Positions 28,707 through 37,637 of a stretch of DNA of 64,000 bases are shown here, in pieces. This stretch comes from a bacterium. Its GTDB lineage: Bacteria; Electryoneota; Electryoneia; Electryoneales; Electryoneaceae. Location of the stretch: NCBI GenBank assembly GCA_963669175.1, contig OY769902.1:2528001-2592000 (forward strand), in the 5' to 3' direction. Made by a program: the position numbers and the translations under genes. How positions within the stretch are numbered: the stretch's first letter is position 1; every line of letters begins with the position of its first letter. The notes beneath the pieces were generated by a model. The model was not told where the DNA came from and made no database searches. It saw only the letters and a program-made list of their open reading frames with translations.

Positions 28707-31700
28707 TTATTTCATCAGGACCATCTTGCGTACGAGCTGGTTGCCATCATGCTCGAGACGGTAGAAGTAGGTGCCTGAAGCGACCTGGCGGCCACCAAAA
28801 TCGGTGCCGTCCCAGGTAATCATGTGACGGCCGGCATCAAAGGTGCCGTTCACAAGCTGCTTCACCTGGCGTCCCAACACGTCGTAAACCGTAAGGCTCA
28901 CGTTCATGTTGTTCGGCAGGAAGAAACCGATCTGGGTTGACGGGTTGAACGGGTTCGGATAGGCTGCGCTCAGTTCCCACTCCTGTGGGGTAGCTGCTGT
29001 CAGTTCCTCACCAACACCAGTCCACAACGGAATACGCTGACCGTAGATATTGATCAGGAATTCCTTACCGGTTGCGCGCAAGTCCTGCCATGTTGCGAGG
29101 GCGCCATTCTCACCATCGCTGGCCAGATCAATAATGCTCTGGATATGGTAAGCATCACACAGGATGCCGCCATCCATTTCCTGGTAGCCATCTTCCGTTA
29201 CGACAGTACCATCGGACCGGATATGAGTCGCATACAGATCAATATGCGAAGCGCCGGCAGCGGATTCCCAGGCAAAGCTTGCACCGACCTGGTTATCAAC
29301 AATCAACCGCGGACGCTGCTTATCGTATGCGTCTGCTGTGAGCTGCTTCCCATCAGCCGGTGTCATCTGCGGTTCACCATTGACATTAAACCATTGTGCG
29401 TAAATGTCGTTTGTTTCGTTACGAGTATCTTCCCAGACCAGCCAGATATAGTTGCCATCCAACGCCTGGAGTTCGAAATTGAACTGCGACGCCTCGTTGT
29501 CAATCAACAGACGACCATTCTCTTCCCAACGGAGTGTACCATCAGCATTGATGATCTGACCGTAAAGGTTAATGTCTGTAGTGCTGACGCGCTGATCTTC
29601 CCAGACAATCAGGATACCGTCATTGACGATAGCCACCTGGGCATTGGACTGACGACGTTCCACGGTACAAATATCAACAACATACTTCACCGAGTCATCT
29701 ACTGTGGAATAGATGGCTGCATGCAAGTCTGTGTTCCCTGCACCGGCATTGCGCTGATAAACCATCAGGATGTCGGAGTCTTCGTTGTCGAAATAGCTAA
29801 AGGCTTCGACACGATTGTCGCGGCTGTCTTCTGTGATCCAGATGCCGTGGCTGTCTTCTTCACCCGGCCAGCCAATGGTGCCATCAGAATCGATCTTCTC
29901 CAGCTTGACATTCATGATGAAGCCATCGCTTTCCTCATCATGGAATGAATAAAGCCCACCTTCAGGGCGCGCCAGAAGGCTTGGACGATACTGACCGAAG
30001 AACTCGTTGGGTTCAAAGGCAAGACCTTCATCGGACCACTGCAGTTCACCGTCAGCATTCACGTACTGGAACGCCAGCACTGTGGAATAGGGGGCACGAC
30101 TGTCTTCCCAACCGGCATAGAAACCACCGTTGCCGTCCGGGATAATGGCGAGCGAGTCAACTGAAACTGCACTGACTTCATCACCGGCGAACGGGTAACG
30201 TGGGATCAAGCTCATGCCGTTGTCTTCCAACAACGCTTCACCACTCGCTTTGTCTATCTTCTGCATGAAGGGAACACGACCCAGGCTGCCCCAACGGCCA
30301 TCTACCCATGCGAGCCAGGCATAATCCGAATAATCCGGATCGTAAATAATTGATGGCGTCTTCGCATTGCCGTCAATACCGAACACAATCTGAACACCAT
30401 TGTCATCCAGAAGTGTAGATCCCGATGTCATGGAAACATACTGGTAATACAAACCGGGACTTCCTCTACGGTAGTCTTGCCAGACAACAGCGAAATTGTC
30501 ACCGACCACACGGCCAATCTCGCCATTCTGCGGCTGGATTGCATCACAAATGACGATTCCATTCGGGTCGCCCCATACCGGATCACCATCTACATCAAGT
30601 CGCTGTGCGAAGATATTCTGGATGCTTTCATTGCCATCACGTTCATCTTCCCACACGAATACAGCGCCGCCTGAACCATCCGGGCTGAGACGAACAACTT
30701 CCTGGTTGTCAGTTGCGTCGCAAAGCACAGTGCCACGGTTTTCCGAACCATTCGCACCCCAGTTCAAGACCAGCGCATTGTCCTGACCAAGGCTCAAACG
30801 CTGTGCATGAAGATCATAAATCTGATCATTGACCCGGGTTTCAGTCCAGACGATGATAGCTTCGCCTTCACCGGAATTGACAATACGAACGTCAGCAGGA
30901 TCCATTGCAGTGGAATCCGCATGTTCATAAACGACCAATTCGCCATCTACGGTCCAGTCGACTGTTCCGTCAGCCTGGACATGCTGGCCATAAATATCGG
31001 GGTTGTTTACATCCCGCTGATCACGCCACATGAAATAGGCGCCGCCGAGACCATCTGGCGCCATCCTGAATTTACCCTGGTCGCCTTCTGAGATGCAGAT
31101 CGGAATACCGCTGCTATCGGCCCAAACCAGTTCACCATCGGCATTAATACGGTTCGCGTACAAACCCGCATTATTGGGATTCCGTTCATCAACCCAACCA
31201 GCAATAATACCACCATTGCCGTCTGTATCAGCAGTATAAAGAATACTCTCAATATTACCCTGGTTTTCCGGGCCACCGGCAAGCATGTTGCCGTTTTCGT
31301 CCCAGTCAGGATCCGGCGTACCATCAGACTGCATGTGCATGGCATAGATATCGCCGTTGGAGTTACGGTTCGTAACCCATACAGATACCGCACCGCCTTC
31401 ACCATCATCAAAGGACTGCACCGCGATTTCAACTGTGCCTTCGATCGCGCAGACCGGTACACCACCGTAATCTGGATCGCCTACCGGCCACAGGATGTTG
31501 CCATCCATGTCAATTTTCTGCATGAAGACATCACCATATTCGAGGATGTCATAGTCATAGCGATAGTCAATCCATGTGAGAATCCAATTGCCATCACTGG
31601 TCGGCATCACATGAGGATCTTCCTGACGAGTAACTGGCATCTGTGCAATGAGGACACCTTCATCTGCCCACTGCGCTGTGCCCGATTCGTCAATCAGTTG

Positions 31701-31934
31701 TGCGTAGATATCACGGTCGCCACTACGTGTATCTGACCATGCTACCAGGGAATAACCGTCACCGTTCACATCACTACTCGTCATGCTGCGGAACCATTCC
31801 ACATGATACCCTTGGCGATATGGAACACCGTTTTCCGGATCCCATTCGCGAGGTGCGTACTGTGCCACAGCCATACCGACAACACCAAGAATCAGCGCAA
31901 CGAGCAGGATCCCGCGACCCATGCTGGTTCTCAT
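28707..31934 (-). CDS. Secreted beta-propeller-like repeat protein with T9SS/FlgD-type C-terminal domain
   Basis: Signal peptide; many W.D.R...DIYAQ..D.DG...W repeats; YPNPFNP...WDGTD..G..VASGTYFY. GGAGG precedes ATG 31934. Confidence 0.85.
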   Translation of the reverse strand: MRTSMGRGILLVALILGVVGMAVAQYAPREWDPENGVPYRQGYHVEWFRSMTSSDVNGDGYSLVAWSDTRSGDRDIYAQLIDESGTAQWADEGVLIAQMPVTRQEDPHVMPTSDGNWILTWIDYRYDYDILEYGDVFMQKIDMDGNILWPVGDPDYGGVPVCAIEGTVEIAVQSFDDGEGGAVSVWVTNRNSNGDIYAMHMQSDGTPDPDWDENGNMLAGGPENQGNIESILYTADTDGNGGIIAGWVDERNPNNAGLYANRINADGELVWADSSGIPICISEGDQGKFRMAPDGLGGAYFMWRDQRDVNNPDIYGQHVQADGTVDWTVDGELVVYEHADSTAMDPADVRIVNSGEGEAIIVWTETRVNDQIYDLHAQRLSLGQDNALVLNWGANGSENRGTVLCDATDNQEVVRLSPDGSGGAVFVWEDERDGNESIQNIFAQRLDVDGDPVWGDPNGIVICDAIQPQNGEIGRVVGDNFAVVWQDYRRGSPGLYYQYVSMTSGSTLLDDNGVQIVFGIDGNAKTPSIIYDPDYSDYAWLAWVDGRWGSLGRVPFMQKIDKASGEALLEDNGMSLIPRYPFAGDEVSAVSVDSLAIIPDGNGGFYAGWEDSRAPYSTVLAFQYVNADGELQWSDEGLAFEPNEFFGQYRPSLLARPEGGLYSFHDEESDGFIMNVKLEKIDSDGTIGWPGEEDSHGIWITEDSRDNRVEAFSYFDNEDSDILMVYQRNAGAGNTDLHAAIYSTVDDSVKYVVDICTVERRQSNAQVAIVNDGILIVWEDQRVSTTDINLYGQIINADGTLRWEENGRLLIDNEASQFNFELQALDGNYIWLVWEDTRNETNDIYAQWFNVNGEPQMTPADGKQLTADAYDKQRPRLIVDNQVGASFAWESAAGASHIDLYATHIRSDGTVVTEDGYQEMDGGILCDAYHIQSIIDLASDGENGALATWQDLRATGKEFLINIYGQRIPLWTGVGEELTAATPQEWELSAAYPNPFNPSTQIGFFLPNNMNVSLTVYDVLGRQVKQLVNGTFDAGRHMITWDGTDFGGRQVASGTYFYRLEHDGNQLVRKMVLMK

Positions 31935-32008
31935 CTCAACCTCCTGCAATGTGTTCAAACCTATTTTCAAGGAATCTCGTTTCTTGCCTGCAAATGTTGT
32001 ATAAGCTA

Positions 32009-33979
32009 TTATAGTACAGCATCCATGCCATAGTAAGCAAGATGCTCACGGATGTCCTGAGGAGAAAATGCCCTTTTTATCTCCCCGTTTGTGCACTTGA
32101 AGATCGCATAGGCTTTACCTTTCTCGCCGTTTCCCCCGTCATATTCCACCCAGGGAATTTTCTGATCAGGATCAAGCAGGCGAATGCGTGTTCCCAAAGG
32201 AGCACTTCTCATCACTTCCTTACGAAGCTCCCCAATTCCTTCGCCTGCGACCAGGTCCACTAATGCTGGTGGTTCCGCAACTCGCTGCACAGCCTTTAAA
32301 TAGACTGTGTTGTGAAGGTGATATCTACCTGCAAGTTCCTTCAATCCTGCAGCCAGTTCTCTTGCGGCCTGCTCCCACTCGACTTCACCGGTCAATGTGG
32401 CCAACTCCACATTGATTAAGAACCATCCGGCGTTTTCCTCAAATGGCATCACGCGCATGGTCAATGCCGCGAACGCCTCTTTGTCATAAGGGCGATCCCA
32501 ACAACCAGCGCTGCCCTCTGTCCCAAATAAATCTCTTGTTTCTTTGGCCAGCTCATAAGCTCTAATAAGATCACGCGCACGCCCGGCAACCTTGTAAAGT
32601 TCAAGCATTCCAGCTATCACATTTACCTGGTCATCAAGGAACACGCCACTGTCATCTTCATCTAACTGTCGACGAAGGCAACCCTGGTCCGTGTGTCCCC
32701 TTTTCCAGATCAGGTCCGCGATTTCAAACGCTCGCTGTAACAAAAGTGGACGTTCAAAGAGCAGGGCAGCCTTTGCCAGTGGTCCAAGTGTTTTTCCCAA
32801 CACGCCTACAAAGAAACCACCGTCAATCTGTGGAGCGGGGCGTTGATCACGCCAGGTTTTCATCGCCTGCAAGCCACTGTCCAGCATGTCCTGAACCAGG
32901 TTCTCATCCATTCCGGTCCTGAGAACAAGCTGATCTATCGGTGTTCTTCTTTCAAGCGCGCTGCGTCCCAAAAATTCACGCGGCGCAACCTGCGCGGATA
33001 CCCCGAAATGATCAATAACGATTGCTGCAACAGTCTCATCCAGATGTTCAGCTAATTCCTTTTCCGTCCATCCGTAGTACGCGCTCCGGTCACCATCCTT
33101 ATCTTCAGCGTCAACCGCCATGACAAAGAGGCCGCTTTCCTCATCTCCCAACGGACCTTCAAGGCATCGAATAATGCCTTCGGCTGTGTCTCTGAAAGAA
33201 GCGTCTCCTGTCAGCCGCCAGGCTTCCAGGTAAGCTTCAAGCAGCATGGCATTGTCTTCGAGCAGCTTCTCGAACTGGGGCACACGCCATGCTTCATCCG
33301 TACATAACCGGAAAAATCCCCCATCGATATAGTCATGTAAGGCGCTGTCCTGAATCGCCTTCAACATGTCGAAAGCAAGATTACGCAGAGCGGGATCAGG
33401 GACTTCAAGCAGGTAGGTCAACACAGCAGGCAGAGGGTATTTGGGCGCGCGACCGAACCCCTTGTATTTCCGGTCAAATGACGCCTGCATAATAGAATGA
33501 GCCTCTGCAAGTGGGGTGCGGTCCACCTGCTCAGGTACCAGTTCACTCGTCAACTTCACATCAGGTGGCGGACCAGATTGAACCACCTTGGCTTTTATCT
33601 CATCAGAATGTTGCCTGTAATACTCGGCTGCCTCCGACAGAACCTCCCGCAAGGTTCCTACTCCAAGAAGTGTTCTGCCAAGAAGCAATTCCCCTCTGGG
33701 AGTTAATAAGCAAATTGAAGGCCAGCCGCCGGGGTTGTAGCGCAGAAAGATATCTGGACGTCGAGTTATATCCACTTTTACAGGCAGATAATCATCATTG
33801 ACCAAAGCCTGTACCGCGCTATCCCGCAACGTCTCACGTTCAAACCTGTGGCTTGGATTCCCCCAAATTGTATAGAAATATACAAATACAGGCTTGTCCA
33901 GCTCTACCGCCAATTCAAAGGTAGCGCCTTCCCAATCCATCCATTGAATCCCGTTTTCACGGTCAGCTTTCCTGGCCAT
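32009..33979 (-). CDS. YyaL/DUF255 thioredoxin-domain protein (SPATA20-like)
   Basis: VKVD..RRPD, GGWP, GFGRAPKYP, DYIDGGFFR, W.VPQFEKLLEDNA. Confidence 0.88.
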   Translation of the reverse strand: MARKADRENGIQWMDWEGATFELAVELDKPVFVYFYTIWGNPSHRFERETLRDSAVQALVNDDYLPVKVDITRRPDIFLRYNPGGWPSICLLTPRGELLLGRTLLGVGTLREVLSEAAEYYRQHSDEIKAKVVQSGPPPDVKLTSELVPEQVDRTPLAEAHSIMQASFDRKYKGFGRAPKYPLPAVLTYLLEVPDPALRNLAFDMLKAIQDSALHDYIDGGFFRLCTDEAWRVPQFEKLLEDNAMLLEAYLEAWRLTGDASFRDTAEGIIRCLEGPLGDEESGLFVMAVDAEDKDGDRSAYYGWTEKELAEHLDETVAAIVIDHFGVSAQVAPREFLGRSALERRTPIDQLVLRTGMDENLVQDMLDSGLQAMKTWRDQRPAPQIDGGFFVGVLGKTLGPLAKAALLFERPLLLQRAFEIADLIWKRGHTDQGCLRRQLDEDDSGVFLDDQVNVIAGMLELYKVAGRARDLIRAYELAKETRDLFGTEGSAGCWDRPYDKEAFAALTMRVMPFEENAGWFLINVELATLTGEVEWEQAARELAAGLKELAGRYHLHNTVYLKAVQRVAEPPALVDLVAGEGIGELRKEVMRSAPLGTRIRLLDPDQKIPWVEYDGGNGEKGKAYAIFKCTNGEIKRAFSPQDIREHLAYYGMDAVL

Positions 33980-34393
33980 CAAGTATACTCCCGTTAATAA
34001 CTTCAAAATTAACTATGCAACTTCTGCACACCCTGTTAAATCATGTGCACATTTGCCATCAAGGACCATAATCCCGGCAGAGAATAGACAACAACAAATA
34101 AACAGGTTCCTTAAAATACTGGATAGCGGTCTCTACCGAAAGCCGACTGTCTCGGCTTGAATTCTGGAAATCAAGAAATCTGAGCAGATTTTTAACAGCA
34201 AGAAGTTGCAAAATTTTCAGTACTGGCAAAAATGAATTCCCCGAAAAAATAACAACCTGTCTCCGAGTTTTCTGTAGTGAAATACCTCTTGATTCTTCGT
34301 AAACTTTCCCGTATATAAAACTTGACCCATCAGTATTATTTTGTCAACGTGGTAACTCAAAGTTCTTTCGGCTCACATACAGAAGAGGAAGCC

Positions 34394-34993
34394 ATGCGGA
34401 AAGCGTCAACGCCACTACAACAGGAACGATTGATCCGGATGCTCGAAGCTGCGGGTGAACAGTTCGCCCATAAAGGTTTTACAGACGCAGATCTGGACAC
34501 CATTGCTGCAACTGCCCATGTCGGCAAAGGAACCATTTATAATTACTTCAGAGATAAGCAGGACTTGTACATTCATGCAATGGTTCACGCGCTGGAAGTC
34601 TCATTTGAAACTGTCTATGAAAGGATCAAAGACATAGAAGAACCGGTTGAATATGTCAATGTATATATTGATGCAGTACTGGATTTTCTTGATGGCAGCG
34701 AGGTCATGCGTGGCTTGCTGAATAATGCATCCGCGCTTCTTGACCCGAGTATTCACCATGTTTTGGCGAAAATCCGTGACGAATTCATTGCACGGCATGC
34801 TGTACGTATTACTGACGGAATGAACAAGAAATTGTTTGGCAAGGTCAACCCTTCTATTTTGATCCACGTGATGGAAACTTCCATGATCGGAATGATGTAC
34901 GAACAACAGTTGTCCGGTAAATATTCAACTGAAGAGCTTCGAGTTGCGTTTAAGCAGATATTCCTTCAGGGATTGTTGCCACGGGAAAACTGA
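34394..34993 (+). CDS. TetR/AcrR family transcriptional regulator
   Basis: HTH IAATAHVGKGTIYNYFRDKQDL. GAGG RBS. Confidence 0.92.
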   Translation: MRKASTPLQQERLIRMLEAAGEQFAHKGFTDADLDTIAATAHVGKGTIYNYFRDKQDLYIHAMVHALEVSFETVYERIKDIEEPVEYVNVYIDAVLDFLDGSEVMRGLLNNASALLDPSIHHVLAKIRDEFIARHAVRITDGMNKKLFGKVNPSILIHVMETSMIGMMYEQQLSGKYSTEELRVAFKQIFLQGLLPREN

Positions 34994-35004
34994 TTGATCC
35001 CTGG

Positions 35005-35385
35005 TTATCCTTTGATCCAGATAACCTTTTTTTCGCGTCTGATGGGTCGTTTAGGAATAATGAAGTCACTACGGTAAAGCTTTCCCAGGATAAACCGGTT
35101 CAGGAAAAAACTGACCGGGGTATCCAGTCCGGTAGTGGCGCAGGTAACCGTTCCATGGAAATCTCTTACACGACGTGCGGTTCTGAGCACTTTCAGGCCG
35201 CTGATCTGGGTTTCCATGGATATATCGGACACAACGCCGTCCAGTTCGTTGGCACGTTCGCGCAAAACACTGATTCCTTCAGCTGCCGAGCGTGCCCGTA
35301 TCACGCTGGCGCCACGATTCTCCAGGTCTTGTGTGATCGCGTCAGCGTAGCTGTCGTTATCATCAACTAACAGCACCCGTTTCAT
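35005..35385 (-). CDS. Stand-alone response regulator receiver protein
   Basis: RVLLVDDN, VVSDISM (acceptor Asp), SGLKVL. Alternative start at 35430. Confidence 0.8.
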   Translation of the reverse strand: MKRVLLVDDNDSYADAITQDLENRGASVIRARSAAEGISVLRERANELDGVVSDISMETQISGLKVLRTARRVRDFHGTVTCATTGLDTPVSFFLNRFILGKLYRSDFIIPKRPIRREKKVIWIKG

Positions 35386-35428
35386 CACGGGTGGTTGTAC
35401 TTTGCGTGCAAGGTATCTATTTTCTGCC

Positions 35429-36985
35429 ATGTCTTCGTCCCGTTCAGATCAAAGCGCAATATACGGTTTATTCCACGACCGCGCCGCACTGTTGATTCTT
35501 GCAGTGTCCCTCGTGGTACGGCTGCTCCTGTCCGCCACAGTACAGCCTGGATTTGATGAATCCTATTATCATGTTTTCGGCCTGAACCTGGCTGGAGGCT
35601 ACTTCGATCATCCTCCACTTGTAGCGATTACCGCAGGATTGGGACGTTGGTTAACCGGCTGGCAACACCCGGTAACATTGCGATTCGGCGCTGTCCTCTG
35701 GTTCACTTTTACCCTGGCTGGGTTTTATTCTCTGGCAAGGGCCATGTACAACCGCAAAGCAGGTCTGATCGCATTACTTCTTGCCCATACGACACCATAT
35801 TTTCTGGTCGGCGCCGGTGCTTTTGTTATACCGGATAACGCTCTCTCGGCAGCATGGGTGTGGGGACTCTATATTACCTGGGTGATCCGTGAAGAGAAAC
35901 TGAATCGTTATGTCGGTTTTTTGCTCCTGGGAGTTTTAACAGGAATTGGTCTGCTGGCGAAATACCACGCTGTCCTTTTGCCCGGCGCGCTGTTTTTCGC
36001 TGCTTTGTTCGACAGGAGAATCCGGTCATGGTTCTTCGACTGGCGTCTGTACCTTTTCACAATTCCAGTCGCCATACTGGTGTTCAGCCCCTGCCTGGTC
36101 TGGAATGCGCAGAATGAATGGATATCATTTGCAGAACAATTCGGGAAAAGCGGATCTGGCGGTATACGGTTAAGATTTGATCTTTTGGGACAGGCGTTAG
36201 GTGGTCAGGCCGGTTTTCTGACCCCCTGGATGATGATGCTGTTCTGGTACAGTGCATTGAGAAAACGCAGGCATGGGGTTGAAGATCGCTGGTTGCTTCC
36301 TTTCTTTCTGCTTCCGGTAATCGCATTCACCCTGATCGGGCTGACTCGCACTGTCCTGCCTCACTGGACCATGCCCGGCTATCTTGCAGCGGTTATGCTC
36401 ACGGCGGGCGCTATCGCTAATCCGGGCAATTATAAAGTGGTAACAGCAGATAAGTCTTCAAAAAAAGCCTGGTATTGGCTTTCCGGCGCTGCTGTAGTCA
36501 ACCTGCTGCTTGTCACAACTGTCATCATACAAACCCATTCTGGCTTCCTGCCCATTAAAGCAAAGCAGGACCCCACCCTTGATCCCTTCGGCTGGAAACA
36601 GACCATCGACTGGCTGGAACGCACGGATCGAATTGCTGAAGATGATGTTATTTTTGTCCATAAATGGTTTTCCGGATCGGAAGTGACCTGGGCAGACCGT
36701 AATCGTCATACTGTAGTCAATCTCGGCAGCAAACAGCACATGTATGCCTGGTGGGCGCCACCGGAAGACTATATCGGCCGTGATGGGATTTTCATTACCC
36801 AGGGACGCTACATTCGTGATAAAGATGTCGGCCCACTACTGAAAGACAGGTTCGGCTCTGTGACTGAATTGTACCCGCCGCTTCCCAAACGTGGATCACA
36901 ACTTGTAGAAATCCGTGTATGGCGCGTTGAAGATTTTCGCGTTCCACCACATCGTGATTATGGCCCTGCTTGCCCAGTTGATTAG
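35429..36985 (+). CDS. ArnT/PMT-like (GT-C fold) membrane glycosyltransferase
   Basis: DESYY...GYFDHPPL, GLLAKY, WNAQNEWISF, PHWT. Multi-TM. Confidence 0.88.
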   Translation: MSSSRSDQSAIYGLFHDRAALLILAVSLVVRLLLSATVQPGFDESYYHVFGLNLAGGYFDHPPLVAITAGLGRWLTGWQHPVTLRFGAVLWFTFTLAGFYSLARAMYNRKAGLIALLLAHTTPYFLVGAGAFVIPDNALSAAWVWGLYITWVIREEKLNRYVGFLLLGVLTGIGLLAKYHAVLLPGALFFAALFDRRIRSWFFDWRLYLFTIPVAILVFSPCLVWNAQNEWISFAEQFGKSGSGGIRLRFDLLGQALGGQAGFLTPWMMMLFWYSALRKRRHGVEDRWLLPFFLLPVIAFTLIGLTRTVLPHWTMPGYLAAVMLTAGAIANPGNYKVVTADKSSKKAWYWLSGAAVVNLLLVTTVIIQTHSGFLPIKAKQDPTLDPFGWKQTIDWLERTDRIAEDDVIFVHKWFSGSEVTWADRNRHTVVNLGSKQHMYAWWAPPEDYIGRDGIFITQGRYIRDKDVGPLLKDRFGSVTELYPPLPKRGSQLVEIRVWRVEDFRVPPHRDYGPACPVD

Positions 36986-37115
36986 TTTCGATTTTTCTGG
37001 CAGTTGATCCACTGGCATCGCTATACTTTTCCGTAAAACAGGGAAGAGACCCGCAACGAGATATATACTGAAACTCGAAAGAAATGCCGCATGCAGTCAT
37101 CCCCAGCGTAGCAAA

Positions 37116-37311
37116 GCTGTCGTAGAATCACCGATGCTCTCATCCCAGCGAAGGCTGGGATCCAGTCATATTGCGATATTACAAGAGGTTAAGTATTCTC
37201 AAGAAGCGCGGTACATTGAGAGTCGTTCAAGTATCCAACTTGTTATTTTGTCGATACTTGCCAGGATCCCCACCTGCGTGGGGATGAAAGTGTAGCCTAT
37301 TCTGCGACAGC
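37116..37311. mobile_element. ~196-bp MITE-like element nested in a REP-like palindrome
   Basis: Ends GCTGTCGTAGAAT / ATTCTGCGACAGC (12/13 inverted match). Flanks recur near 62690-62790 without the insert. Confidence 0.55.
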
Positions 37312-37473
37312 CTGCGCTGGGATGAGAGTGTTTTCTATCCTGATACAGTCTGGCAGGCGGGGTCTATTCCGTTGTCCGCTCAATCCAATGATTGTAATAG
37401 ATTTAACTACAAATTTTCAGAATCAAGTATACAGAAAAGCATGCTGCATTGTTTTCAAGCTCCCCTATAGAAG

Positions 37474-37506
37474 CATACCATACCATACCATACCATACCA
37501 TACCAT
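37474..37506. repeat. (CATAC)6 microsatellite
   Basis: Read directly. Confidence 0.9.
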
Positions 37507-37527
37507 GTAACATGTTATATGATTCAT

Positions 37528-37564
37528 AAACAACCGCCCGGTGGTATCCCACCGGGCGGTTGTT
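37528..37564 (-). terminator. Long hairpin, probable terminator
   Basis: AACAACCGCCCGGTGG-TATC-CCACCGGGCGGTTGTT, located between convergent genes. Confidence 0.7.
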
Positions 37565-37637
37565 CACAACTATGGATGAGGCAAAGCCTCAGAGTTCCGA
37601 AACGACCTGGCAAGGCCGTCAGGAACGGAAAATCAGC

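Noticed and set aside
34322-34347. TTGAC...GTCAA as a TetR operator
   Set aside because: Only 5-bp arms, too weak to support.
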